In this document: positions 35,448 to 46,814 of the stretch, piece after piece
Numbering within the stretch: the stretch's first letter is position 1
How the letters are laid out: each line of letters opens with the position of its first letter
Assembly: GCA_030141605.1 (NCBI GenBank)
Contig: JAQGDQ010001068.1
Coordinates: forward strand, 1,613-65,612
Direction: 5' to 3'
From: Tubiluchus corallicola
Taxonomy: Eukaryota; Animalia; Priapulida
DNA length: 64,000 nt
Notes under the pieces: generated by a model
The model's database searches: none
What the model saw: only the letters and a program-made list of their open reading frames with translations
What the model was told of the DNA's origin: nothing
Position numbers and translations under genes: made by a program

Positions 35448-35678
35448 GAGTTTATTATTATTATTATTACTATTACTATTACTACTATTATTGTTACTAT
35501 TGTGATTGCTATTGCTATTGCTGTTACTATTACTATTAATATTACTGTTACTATTACTATTACTATTACTGTTACTATTAGTATTACTACTACTATTACT
35601 ATTGCTATTGCTATTGCTATTTCTATTGCTATTGCTGTTACTATTACTATTATTGTTACTGTTACTATCACTATTACG
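35404..35678. repeat. (ATT/ACT/GCT) compound microsatellite
   Basis: Directly visible. Confidence 0.95.
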
Positions 35679-35684
35679 TATTTC

Positions 35685-35895
35685 GTATAAAAATATACAG
35701 CTTACAGAGACAACAGGATATTAGTAAAACAGGTAATGTGATGTTAGTAAAGTAACATTTCTACAGAAATTCAACTTTATAATAGCCACTCATTGTAGTA
35801 TCCTTGTAATCATATTACAGCATACAGTGTTGTAAGAAGCTATATTAGGTATCTTAAAACATCATCTTTAAATGAGTTCTTAACCTTTAATTTTA
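35685..35895 (-). mobile_element. Second copy of the repeat at 6085-6283
   Basis: Reverse-complement alignment (gttagtaaagtaacat..ctacagaaattcaactttataata). Confidence 0.65.
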
Positions 35896-37385
35896 TATTT
35901 ATCTGATTTTTGTGAGTAAGTTGCTCGATTAGACTACGTAAAGCAAGCCAGCAATTTGCAAGTGGTAATTGTCAATTAAAATTGAACGTTTGTGTTTAAC
36001 AATATTGCCATGCTAAATAAAAATAACTAATTATAATTGTAATTAACAGTCACTTCAGCATATATTTTTACATTACAATTTGCATTACTATTGTTATAAC
36101 TATTATGCGCTATGACTAGAAAAATGAAATATAGTTACAATAATTGTAACAGAACTACATCAGCATACTATATGTAGCAAGTAGCATCAGCATATATATA
36201 TATATATATAGCGTGGTATAGTTTGGGGAAAAATTACAAATATAATTACAAAAATTTAACAGAAATATATTAACATATTATAGAAAGTGCCCTCCTTTTA
36301 CGTTCCGAGTAGCACTTCTACCATTGATGATTAAATTTAACAAAAAACCTTACCTTAGCGATGGGGGTCCAGCTCTGATATCCAGGTAAGAGCTTGTTTC
36401 AAACAAAACAGACAACCTGCAAACAACAAACCCAGACAGCCGAAAACAGATGCATCAGACACATGGATTAATAAGAACTTTAAATGCTGTTATTAAAACT
36501 CAGATACAAAATAACACCAAACTCTGTGAAGGTTTAACACAAAAGCGGTTCTCTTTCCGTCTGCTAAAAAGTAGTTCCCAACTTCTCCGCCCACTTGCCA
36601 AATAATTCCACGTTAACAAAAAAAAGAAGAAAATTGTTGTTCCCTACATTTCTCGCGAATATTTTGCTGATTCGCGACACGTACTTACTAAACTACATAA
36701 TAGTTTGTCAACAAGAAATAGATGCTCCCTGATGATCAAGAAGCAAAGCTTGAAAGACCACCATGAAAAGTGAAAAAACTACTTAATTAGCAAGAGAGAG
36801 ATTTATAGAATAACAGGGAATAGTTAAGATAAAATAAAAGACAAAGATAGAGAAAAAGAGAAAAGAAATGAAATAAAAAGGAATTCTAGTAATGAATATG
36901 TGCTAAATGGAAGGCCAAAAAGATTGAAAATGATTTATTTACTTCACTTTCAAGTTCAATTTATTTCTCTGTAGATTTACATTAACAATTGATTTTCTTA
37001 TCCTGCTTCATAATTATATAACACGGTGTAATTTGCAGCGCTACAATTTCTTTTACAATTTACACTATTCCTAGAAGGGTATCTGACTTGATGACCAATT
37101 GGTCTTTCGCTATCCTTTCTCCAGCACCCCCCCCCCCCCTAACTCTTTCCTTTATGCACAATTATTATAGCCTATTTGTATTATGTAGGCCCTAACCTGG
37201 GATAATACAGGTATGTAGCACCTATTGCTATACGTTTAATAGCAATTTTTACCTACGGTCTGCCATTTGCCGTAAAATTAATACCATTGTGCGCAGACTT
37301 TTACTGTCGAACGAAAACTAATTTATGATTCTTTTAGGATCTAATGATGCCGAAATTGTGGATTTTGTTTCTAAACTTGTATTAA

Positions 37386-37651
37386 CTGTTTTAACAATAG
37401 AAACATACATTATTTTTGGTAAAAAGATACAAATTGTGCATACTTTATTTTGTGTAAAAAGATACAAATTATGCGTACTTTATTTTGTATTAAAAGATAC
37501 AGATTATGCGCACTTTATTTTGTGTAAAAAGATACAAGTTATGCATATTTTATTTTTTGCAAAAAGATACAAATTATGCGTACTTTATTTTGTGTAAAAA
37601 GATACAAATTATGCGTACTTTAATTAATTTATGTTTCTATTGTTAAAACAG
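37386..37651. repeat. 35-bp minisatellite (about 5.5 units) bracketed by a perfect 22-bp inverted repeat
   Basis: Unit gtgtaaaaagatacaaattatgcgtactttatttt. IR: ctgttttaacaatagaaacata (37386-37407) / tatgtttctattgttaaaacag (37630-37651). Confidence 0.85.
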
Positions 37652-37899
37652 CCGAATTTATAATTATCTACTATCATAAGAAATGCCATTACCTACCAAC
37701 AATAGCAGTTCTTATAGTCAGGCTAAAATTAAATATTTTTGTCATCAGAACCTATTTTACATTTTGTGTAAAATAGTCGCCCGTTTAATATTGTATTTTT
37801 TGAACTACATTTTGCTATTCCCTACTATACATCTCACTAAATGTTGTTTTGGTGTGTTGTTATGTTTTTCCTGTATGCCAATAAATCTCTCTTTGTAAA

Positions 37900-38330
37900 C
37901 AGGGCCTATTTCAGCCTAAGCGAGGCCCGGGGAAGTGGGGCGTGTGAGGCTCACTCGAGGGGGGGGGAGGGTTGTGAAGCGCCGGGGGGCGGGCGTCACC
38001 ATGGTTGACGCCCAGAACATTTTTGAACTGCTGTAACGCCGGGAAAACATTTTCGCGGAGAAAATATGGAGTTATACAGTTGTTAAAGGAAAGAACAATT
38101 GAAAGAAAAACTGCTTTATTCTCAAGATCAGTCATTAATACTTGTCAATACTGGCAAGCGGCGCGCGTGTAGCAAGAGAGAGAGAGAGAGGGGGGGGAGA
38201 GGAGGCAGTATGTTCGCATAAAGCAAAAAAAATGTTACCTTGGCGCGAGGCCCCCCTGGAGGGTGAGGCCCTGAGGAAGTATCCCCACCTCCACCCCCCT
38301 CCCTGTCCCTTTTTGTAAATCTAATGGGCC
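37900..38330. mobile_element. GC-rich, possibly hAT-type MITE remnant
   Basis: Starts CAGGGCC, with subterminal gaggccc repeats at both ends; the right terminus is unclear. Confidence 0.3.
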
Positions 38331-38503
38331 TACTATGAATATCTAATCATTTTTATAACTAGTTTAAGCATTATAGCTGCCAAATCTTTAACCGTTGCGT
38401 TTTGTTACTTACAGGGGGCGCTGTGACAATTCACCAATTCTAACGTGTTCGGCAAAATCCTCGTGCAGTGTATGACGTCATCGGATGACGTCAGGCAGAG
38501 ACG

Positions 38504-38801
38504 ATGGTTCCATCTGGTGTGGTGACTACGTTAGCGTTCATGTATAAAAATCTCTACCACATTATTGCTGTGATATTAATGTGTCTGGTGAGCTTGCAAT
38601 ATTACCGCCACCAGAGGACGCGATACGAAATTTTGCTGATGACTCATCGCGCTCCAAGAAACGGTGGCCTTTCCTCAATCTTCAGAGTTGGGGAGAAAAA
38701 TGTGGATTTTAGTGAGAATGTAAGGCCAAATGTAACTACAGAATCTGCAAATAACCTAAATGGATCTCTACCTCTGTGTCCTCTAGTATCACCTGATTTA
38801 G
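38504..38801 (+). CDS. bre-4: GT7 beta-1,4-GalNAc/Gal-transferase, coding exon 1 (cytoplasmic tail, TM helix, stem, LPLCPLVSPDL)
   Basis: Type II membrane anchor IIAVILMCLVSL and the conserved CP motif; donor G|gtaagc. An upstream acceptor at 38413-38414 implies a non-coding 5' exon. Confidence 0.85.
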
Positions 38802-39050
38802 GTAAGCTTATTTAGCCCAATGAGCTTGCTAAGGATAGTAATATTGGTACAACGTCCAGTAAGCTTGATGGACCTAGTAATTTTGGTAAGCCCAGTGACT
38901 TTGGTAAGCTCATTGACTTTGGTAAGCCCAGTAAACTTGGTAAGCACAGTGACTTTGGTTAGCCCAGTAAGCTTAGTTGGTCAGCTAAAGTTGGTGATAA
39001 GTCCAGTAACATTGGTAAGCCCAGTAAGCTTGGTAAGCCAAGCCCATTAA
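38802..39050 (+). repeat. Degenerate 18-bp tandem repeat built on GGTAAGC
   Basis: About 13 ggtaagcccagtaagctt-type units start at the exon 1 donor. Confidence 0.8.
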
Positions 39051-39199
39051 GCTTTGTGAGCTCTCTATATTTGGTAGACACAGCAAGTTTGATCAGCTTT
39101 GTAAGCCTTATGTGCACACTAAGCTTAGCAGGACATTTTACGAGTTAACACGAACAATTTAATCAAATAACAATTTTCTTTTCTAGTTACAAAAGTTTT

Positions 39200-39421
39200 T
39201 GGGACATAATTTAACATTGCCGTTTCTACCCCTGATTTACGTTTGCATAGTGACGTTATGTAATGGCGCCATCGGAAAATTATTGCTTGAGACTTAAAAT
39301 GAAAACAAACAAAAATTCCTTTCAGCGCGAGTACGATATACGCATAAAATTGCCGTAAAGTAATATAATATTTTAAAGCGATTTTTCTGAAACCTACTTC
39401 AGGTGCCCCTTTTCTTGTCCT
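39200..39421 (-). mobile_element. Terminal fragment of another TTAA-target MITE family
   Basis: Ends tcttgtcct|TTAA; the reverse complement aligns with 61179-61400 (TTAA|aagacaagaa...ctatgtccc). Confidence 0.7.
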
Positions 39422-39425
39422 TTAA

Positions 39426-39964
39426 AGGAAAACCGGATGATTGTTTAAACACTAGTTCAGAATCAAAAACGCTCTAAAATATTGAAAACTACAATAGCTT
39501 TTTTTAAATCGAAGCTTCGATTAAATAATAATTACCTTGGATAATAATTTCGTTAAACTTTCAAAGCTACCTGTGGCTCAGTGAACCTACTAAGATTGGC
39601 AACGGTACCTTTTTGTCACGTGCGCCTGGCCGACAAATAGAAGGCTGCACCGTGATAACTATAATCACGAACCGCTGCGTTAGTTTCGGATGTCATATGA
39701 TGTAGAGCCCATATTCGTGACATCACATGTTTAAACAATAACAATTATGCAAATGTGCTTGACGAGCAAAGGAAGACTTCTGCCACAGCCTAAACTGTGA
39801 TTAGTTTCTGACGCAAGCAATAGCTGTGTTCACTTGCCATTAATTAACTTTCTAAGCTACTTATTCAAATATACGAAACAATTGCTAACTTTTATAGGAA
39901 AGAAAATGTATATTTTGGACAGTAAATTAAAATGAGATTGAGTCTAAACAATCGTCCGTTTCCT
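39426..39964 (-). mobile_element. Kolobok/T2-type MITE, copy 2
   Basis: TTAA|AGGAAAACCGGATGATTG...CAATCGTCCGTTTCCT|TTAA; inverted copy of 2667-3200. Confidence 0.9.
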
Positions 39965-40112
39965 TTAAGCAGATAAACCAGTCAGAATTTTTATTATAGG
40001 AGGAATACAAAGTAGCATTTTCTAAATCAGTCTGACTGCAATTAGCAATAATTTTTTTACATTACATTAATTAGACAAATTAATCAATTGTTTTGACTAT
40101 TGTTCCAAACAG

Positions 40113-40348
40113 TGGGTAAACTGAACGTCACCACCAGTGCGCCGCCTAGTTGGAGTAAACTGAACCAGGACTTTCCCTCTGTGATGCCTGGCGGTCACTG
40201 GAAACCGCTAAACTGTGTTGCCAGGTCTAGGGTTGCCATCATTGTTCCTTTCCGCGACAGAGACGAGCATCTGAGACTTTTCTTGATGAATCTCCACGGC
40301 ATGTTGATGAGGCAGCAGCTTGATTATCAAATTTACATCATTGAACAG
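40113..40348 (+). CDS. bre-4: GT7 glycosyltransferase exon 2 (PGGHWKPLNC...VAIIVPFRDRDEHL...QQLDYQIYIIEQ)
   Basis: Canonical B4GALT-family motifs; aacag acceptor and CAG|gtaatt donor; phase 1-0. Confidence 0.95.
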
Positions 40349-40599
40349 GTAATTCAAAGTGTTCTAGAGGGAACGTTTACTCTTTCGTTCACATTTATTC
40401 GTTCACTCAATTTTTCCTTCCTTCCTCACTGCGTTTTCCTTCACTTGTTTGTGTTATTATTTGTTTGGACACTTTTTCTTGTTTGTTTATTCAATTACAT
40501 CGTGTTGTTTGTTTGTTTCCTGGGCATGTTGGTTCGTTTGTTTGTCTGTCTGTCCATCTGCCCAGTGTTCAATCAATCAGCCATTCATTTATTCTTTTT

Positions 40600-40918
40600 C
40601 TTTCTACCGTTGATTTTTCATTCGTTTTTCATATCTTGATTCATTCGTTTATTCGTTTGTTTGTTCATTCGTTCATTTATTTACCCATTCGTTTAATCTC
40701 TCATTGATTCATTTAATAATTCTTTCGTTCATTCATTCATTTACTTTTTCATTCATTCATTCATTTATTCAATCACTCACTTACTCATTCGTTCATTCAT
40801 TTTTTATTTATTCATTTACCTTTTCCATTAATTCGTTCTTTCTTTCTTCCATGTACTTGTTCACTCATTCTTCATTCATTTATTCATTCATTCACTCACT
40901 CTCATTTTTCATTCATCC
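40600..40918. repeat. Degenerate (ATTC)n microsatellite
   Basis: Directly visible. Confidence 0.9.
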
Positions 40919-41052
40919 GGCTAAAATTTTATTCAGTATATTAGGGATAGGTTTAGGGTTATTTCTTTTCTTGCTGTGACATTATTACCTGGATTCATAT
41001 GTAGAAGAGTAACAGTTGAACAAATACATAAAAATACCCGTTAGGTATTACC

Positions 41053-41300
41053 ACGGCGCATTAAGTAGTTAGACAAAAGTGTTTTGACGCCCACACCTCG
41101 GGGGAGATGAGGAACTGACTTGGAGATGGAGGGCTGGCATTACTATACTCTTATATTTACCGTGTTGTTTTTGATATTTAATAAATAAATATATTTAATA
41201 ATTGGTTCCTTAAATCAAGTCTTGATAGTTTGCCAAGCCCATCGTGGCTACCTCATACGCCACACGATAAACAACAATAATCAGGAAGCAGCTTTAACCG
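41053..41300. repeat. Second copy of the dispersed repeat at 3585-4030, without the tandem expansion
   Basis: Shared gcgcatt.agtagttagacaaaag...ggagggct..cattactat.ctctta...aagtcttgatagtttgcca.gcccatcgtggct. Confidence 0.75.
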
Positions 41301-41618
41301 CAAGAATAAATAAACTTTAATCAAAATGTGACACGTGATAACCAAACACTGCCGTAACAAAAGAGCAAATTTTGCTGGCGCCATCTAACGAATAAATGCA
41401 CGAAATCAAAGCCCAGTCTTTCTACGGAAATGACACCCTCTAAAGCCACTAAAAGTACCAGAAAATCTTAGCTAGCTTATTTTGTTCATTCTATTTTTGT
41501 GTAAAACCAAAACTTCACAAACTGTGCTCTATTTCAGCTTTAAAAACTAGATGCTATTACAATTTCAGGCAGCCGTCCCTTCGTTTTGCTAAATTAAGAT
41601 GAAATTAGATATTATACT

Positions 41619-42180
41619 CATGGTCATGGTTGGTATCCTTGGTGCACACTCCATAGTGCACACAATGGAGTGTGCACCAAAAGAGTCAGTTATTGATCAC
41701 ATTGATGGAGCTGCAATGTCGATTATGGCTGAGCAGCGCGATCCTTGAACGTCTCCAGGGTGCACGCCTGGGCAAGGTATATGGAGATCCTGAGTTGCCC
41801 AGACAATAGGAACCCCCTCTCTTCCTCCCTGGTGTAGTCCAAAGGAAAGCGGAGTGATACGTTTGGCACCAGGTTGGCTGTTGCAGCTGCCGGAGTCAGT
41901 GAGCATGCTGCACTGGTCCGCCTTCGGGGCTCCACTCCTGATTTGTAAGGTTTACTCCTCTACACATGGCCGTTGGGTCACTTGACCTCCTCCACCCTCT
42001 GCCGGTGGCTGCTTGCGCAGCTCCTCCGCCTAGTGTCGAGATACAGTATGGGCATCCCGCAAGCATACAGCACCTGGTATTCCTAGGCTGTCACCCATCC
42101 AAGTACTAACCAGGGTCTACGTTGCTTAACTTCGGTGATCAGACGAGAACCGGTGTTTTCAACGTGATTTGGCCGTAATC
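41619..42180 (-). mobile_element. Full-length 5S rRNA-headed SINE with a 12-bp TSD
   Basis: Complete 120-nt 5S head at 42180-42061 and a body of about 440 nt. TSD agatattatact at 41607-41618 and 42181-42192. Confidence 0.92.
42061..42180 (-). rRNA. 5S rRNA-derived sequence, full 120 nt (SINE head)
   Basis: Minus strand gattacggccaaatcacgttgaaaacaccggttctcgtctgatcaccgaagttaagcaacg...agtacttggatgggtgacagcctaggaataccaggtgctgtatgctt. The internal promoter region looks intact and there is no oligo-T terminator. Confidence 0.65.
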
Positions 42181-42230
42181 AGATATTATACTAACCTCCA
42201 ATAAAGTAACAAATCTCAATTCTGTTTCAG

Positions 42231-42418
42231 TCAAAACCAGACGAATTCAATAGAGCAAAGTTATTTAACACCGGGTTTTCTGAAGCGCTGAAGCAGTATA
42301 ATTGGACTTGTTTTGTTTTCCACGATGTTGATCTGATACCAGAAGATGATAGAAACATTTACAGCTGTGCAGAATATCCTCTTCATCTGTCTGTTGCGAT
42401 TGATAAATTTAATTATAA
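42231..42418 (+). CDS. bre-4: GT7 glycosyltransferase exon 3 (FNRAKLFNTGF...CFVFHDVDLIPEDDRNIYSC...HLSVAIDKFNY)
   Basis: FNRA and DVD (DxD) motifs; tctgtttcag acceptor and AA|gtaagt donor; phase 0-2. Confidence 0.97.
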
Positions 42419-42463
42419 GTAAGTGTAATTGTTTAATTAGAGAAATGAGCTTCATTATCAAGC

Positions 42464-42466
<3 letters not shown>

Positions 42467-42518
<52 letters not shown>

Positions 42519-42945
42519 GAGAGAGAGAGGAGAGAGAGCATGCGGGAGGGAGGGAGGGAGAGAGAGAGGGGGGAGGGAGAGAGAGTTAATAACAATGATG
42601 ATGATGATGGTGGTGTTGGTGTTGGTGGTGGTGGTGGTGATGATGGTGGTGGTGGTGGTGGTGGTGGCGGCGGAGGCGATGATGGTAAAAATATGGATGA
42701 TAAAAGTGATTGTGCCGATGATGATGATATTAATAATAATTATTGTTATTATTGCTGTTGTTGTTGTCGAGTTATGTTCCTTACACTCTCCTCTCTCTCT
42801 CTCTCTTTCTCCCTCTCTCTGTCTTTCTCTCTAACTTTCTCTCTCTTTTTCTCTCTCTCTCTCCCTCCCTTCCCCTCTCTATCTCTCCCTCTCTCCGTCT
42901 CTCTCTCTCCCGCTCTCTCCCTCTCTCTTACTCTCTCTTTCCCTT

Positions 42946-43013
<68 letters not shown>

Positions 43014-43020
43014 CTTTTTC
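42467..43020. repeat. (GA)n, (GGT/GAT)n and (CT)n microsatellite complex
   Basis: Directly visible. Confidence 0.95.
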
Positions 43021-43025
43021 TTCTC

Positions 43026-43735
43026 TCTGAATGTAATTTGGCTAATCATATATGAAAAACTGTAGAATAACCTCAGAATATTATTGTAGAATATTTTCTG
43101 TCTTTCTTTCTCCCTCTTTCTCTTTTTCTCTCTTTCTGTCTTTTTCTTTCCCTCTCTCTCTCTTTCTCTCCTTCTCTCTCTTTTTCTCTCCCTCTCTGAG
43201 TATAATTTGACTAATTATGTATAAAAACTGTAGAATAACTTCAGAATAGTACTGTAGAATATTTTCTCTCTTTCTTTCTCCCTCTTCCCCTTTCTCCCTC
43301 TCTTTCTGTCTTTTTCTTCCCCCCGCTCTCTCTCTCCCTCTCTGAGTATAATTTGGCTAATTATATATAAAAAAACTGTAGAATAACTTCAGAATAGTAC
43401 TGTAGAATATTTTCTCTTTCTTTCTCCGTCTTTCCCTTTCTCTCTCTCTTTCTGTCTTTCTCTTCCCCCCTCTCTCTCCTCTCTCTTTCTCTCTCCCTCT
43501 CTGAGTATAATTTGGCTAATTATGTATAAAAAACTGCAGAATAAGCTCAGAACAGTGGTGTAAAATATTTTCTCTCTTTCTTTCTCCCTTTTTCTCTTTC
43601 TCTCTCTTTCTATCTTTTTCTTTCCCCTATCTCTCCTCTCTTTCTATCTCCCTCTCTAATTATAATTTGGCTAATTACATATAAAAAACTGTAGAATAGG
43701 CTCAGAGTAGTACTGTAGGATATTTTCTCTTTCTT
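43026..43735. repeat. Tandem repeat, unit about 145-170 bp (5 units), each with a CT tract
   Basis: ctgagtataatttggctaatta...aaactgtagaataacttcagaatagtactgtagaatattttctc recurs near 43026, 43196, 43341, 43500 and 43655. Confidence 0.9.
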
Positions 43736-43844
43736 TCTGCTTCTTTTTTGTCTCTTCTTTTCTGTCTTTCTTTTTCATTTTTCTCTATCAGTCACTCATT
43801 GATTGCAAACTAAATTACTTGCTTATTGACACTTTATTTTTCAG

Positions 43845-43967
43845 CCTTTTGTACCAGCAACTATTCGGTGGTGCCAGCGCCATCCCTCGGAAGACGTTCG
43901 AAAATTTGAACGGATTTTCAAATTTGTTTTTTGGCTGGGGAGGCGAAGATGACGACATGGCAAAAAG
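43845..43967 (+). CDS. bre-4: GT7 glycosyltransferase exon 4 (LLYQQLFGGASA...NGFSNLFFGWGGEDDDMAKR)
   Basis: Catalytic GWGGEDDD motif; tttttcag acceptor and AG|gtggat donor; 123 nt, phase 2-2. Confidence 0.97.
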
Positions 43968-44241
43968 GTGGATGGTAACATTTGTAATTTTCAGCCACAT
44001 CATCTTTAGAATGTGAAACTGCCCTTAGGTAATCAAGACGTTTAGGCTGACGACGTCACTGTGACACTTTCAAACGAAAAACAAACAAACGAACGATACA
44101 AAATGCTGTGGAAGTAGTGGTTTGAGTAGCAAACCAATGATCCAAACAACCAAACAATGAACCAAGCAGCCAACCAACTAACCAGTCAGCTAACCAACAA
44201 ACCAACCAATCTATCTACCCTTCATCAACCACTCAACCGAC

Positions 44242-44242
<1 letters not shown>

Positions 44243-44274
<32 letters not shown>

Positions 44275-44616
44275 AGGGAGGGAGGGAGCGAGGGAGAGAG
44301 GGTAAGAGAGAGCAAGGAACATAACTCGACAATGCCAACAACAACAACAACAATAATAATAATAACAATTATTATTAATATTATTATTATTATTAAAACT
44401 ATTAGTATCATCATCATCTTCATCATCATCATCATACATCATCATCATCATTGTTATTAACAGTACCAATAAGAATTGTGATTTTTATTGTTGCTGCTGC
44501 TGTTATTATTATTATTAACTTTTCTTGTCTCCCTCTCTCTCCTTCTTGCTCTCTCTCCCCTCCCTCTCTTTGTTCTTCGCTCTCTTTCTCTGACCATCTC
44601 TGTCTCACTCCCCCTC

Positions 44617-44680
<64 letters not shown>
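44243..44680. repeat. (GA)n, (AAT/CAT)n and (CT)n microsatellite complex
   Basis: Directly visible. Confidence 0.9.
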
Positions 44681-44809
44681 CCTTCCCTCCCTAACAAATA
44701 ACTAACTAGTTAACTAACAATACAGAAGACGCTGTAACCAAAACTGGGTTTATAATTTTTTAATATAATATTTAACACAATTATTATACGGTTTTTAATT
44801 TCTTGGCAG

Positions 44810-44905
44810 GTTAAGTATAAAGAAGTATCCAATCATGAGGTATCCAAAGTCAATTGCCAGGTATAAAATGTTGGAACATAAGAAAGCAGAGCCAAATAAG
44901 CACAG
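44810..44905 (+). CDS. bre-4: GT7 glycosyltransferase exon 5 (LSIKKYPIMRYPKSIARYKMLEHKKAEPNKHR)
   Basis: RYKMxxH metal-binding motif; ttggcag acceptor and AG|gtgaat donor; 96 nt. Confidence 0.92.
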
Positions 44906-45214
44906 GTGAATACTGAAAATAAATAGTCTTTCTACTGTTTCTCTGTGCGCATGTGCAGTTATCGTAGGTCAAAGGTCAAGGGTACCACAGCAGTGAGTCT
45001 TAACTACAACCATCACATGACGTGTGTAAAGCAAAGCTGTCTGCTGCAACTTCAGTTGTTTTGCCTGGACTTTACTTAATTATGCCTTAGTCTGTCTGTA
45101 GAGTGCTTTACTAGCAGGATCTTGCTTGGGAACAAGGAAAAATGAACTAGGCAAGGTTCTGGTTAGACGTTAAAACTTTTATTATAACTGTAGCTTTGGC
45201 TGCGAGACGCATAA

Positions 45215-45632
45215 TGTTTTGGGAAACATTGCACAAAAAACAGCTGTTGTACCTCTCAATTTAGCTGTGTTAGTTTCTGATGAACTACACACGTTCGGCA
45301 GCTAATACGTAAGCACAGCGATAAATTTGAAATTTGATTTTTTTTCTTAAAACTTGTCTAGTTTTAGTACAACGCACTAAATATCTTACAGTAGCACTGT
45401 ACTTCAATTTCCGCTTTCACAAACACGTGCAACATGCTCGTGGAATATTTTTGCTGTTGAAAATTATGTTAGTTTGTGATGTCATTAATAGTTGGGCTCG
45501 CCTGCCATTAACTACGCTTTTAATCTATTATTTAATTATCAGAAATGCTTTTCCAGCATTAATTGTGTTGAAATGTATACTTTTTATCTGACTTGAAAAT
45601 GGGGTAGTATATGAAAAATCATTCAGTCTTCC
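45215..45632 (-). mobile_element. MITE family A fragment
   Basis: Aligns with 4555-4940; ends gaaaaatcattcagtcttcc|TTAA. Confidence 0.75.
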
Positions 45633-45749
45633 TTAATGGGCTGTGCATTACTACTTTACATGATTAAGTAAAGTAGAGCTGGTAGTTGTGGAACTGGATT
45701 TGTAACCTAAAAGTCACAAGCTCATATGTGTCCTTTGATTCCAGTATTA

Positions 45750-46395
45750 CCATACATGCGTGTGTACAAGTCGACCTTATGTACAAGTCGATGTGCATTT
45801 TAAGACCAAAAATTGCATCATTTTATATATTACCTGTGTACAAGTCGACCCTAAAATATTAAGATGTTCCAGAGTAAATGATGTGTTTCATCACCTTCCC
45901 ATTTGAAGAAAAAAATAATTTACTAAAATTAATTACCTCTGCGTAGTTGTGTTTTACATACGCGTGTATGCTGGTAATGTAAATTTTGCCAATAAAACGC
46001 GCATATACAAGGCTACTGTAAAACTTCCCGCGGCAGCCGAGAGGTGGCAGAACCTGCACAACATTGGCGATTTCCATATTCTGATCGAGTGGCTCCGTCG
46101 CTAGTTTATTTACCAGTAATATATAAATTTTAACTCAATTTCACAACATTAAAATAAATTACAGTAATATTTGTTAATTTTGTGAAGTAATGTCAAGATG
46201 CGAACATTCTCTGATGTAAAGTTTCACAGTATGAGTGTTCATTCAGTCCAGCGTATAATGAAGAATTATTTCTTTACATTGTAGACGACTCTTTAGCGAC
46301 ATCTCCCAAAAATATATTTTAAGTATATGTCGACCCCAAAAATTTCGCCTTAAAATCGCCTCTCAAAAATTCGACTTTTATATAAGTATATACAG
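45750..46395. mobile_element. Tc1/mariner (pogo-like) MITE
   Basis: TA|CCATACATGCGTGTGTACAAGTCGA...TCGACTTTTATATAAGTATATACAG|TA: degenerate TIRs with repeated tacaagtcga subterminal motifs. Confidence 0.6.
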
Positions 46396-46814
46396 TAATC
46401 ATATTTATTATATGATAATCATTTCATGTTACAGGTTACTGAACACTTTATAATCATGATCACAGTTTTTCATAGTTCTCGCTCCATTTTATCTTTCATT
46501 CACTACTCCCCCTCCCCCACTTTTATGTTTATATTATTATTATTTCAATTATTAATCACTTCTTTAAGATTTCCACGTACAGTTTGGCCTGTCAAGCTAT
46601 GGTTTTAGGCTCAAACTGTATGCATCAAAATTATTCTGTAATGTAATTTGCACATGTATATGCTGCATAAGAATCTCTTTTGTAATTTCTGGTTAATATT
46701 GCATTTATGTTTATATTTACTTCAGTGAAATTATTTGTATTTTTATGATAACTGTTAGATGCAGAGTGGAAATAAATAAACTTATAAACTTGTGTTACGT
46801 TTTTAATCTTACAG

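Noticed and set aside
38820-39050. Repetitive ORF (LVSPVT/LVSPVS repeats) as a mucin-like stem extension of the glycosyltransferase
   Set aside because: It is out of frame with exon 1, which hits a stop at 38813-38815, and exon 1 already splices in phase to exon 2.
42061-42180. Functional 5S rRNA gene or 5S array
   Set aside because: There is no oligo-T terminator or tandem rDNA context. The 5S sequence is fused to a shared body and enclosed by a TSD, so it is a SINE head; the same applies to 9722-9832.
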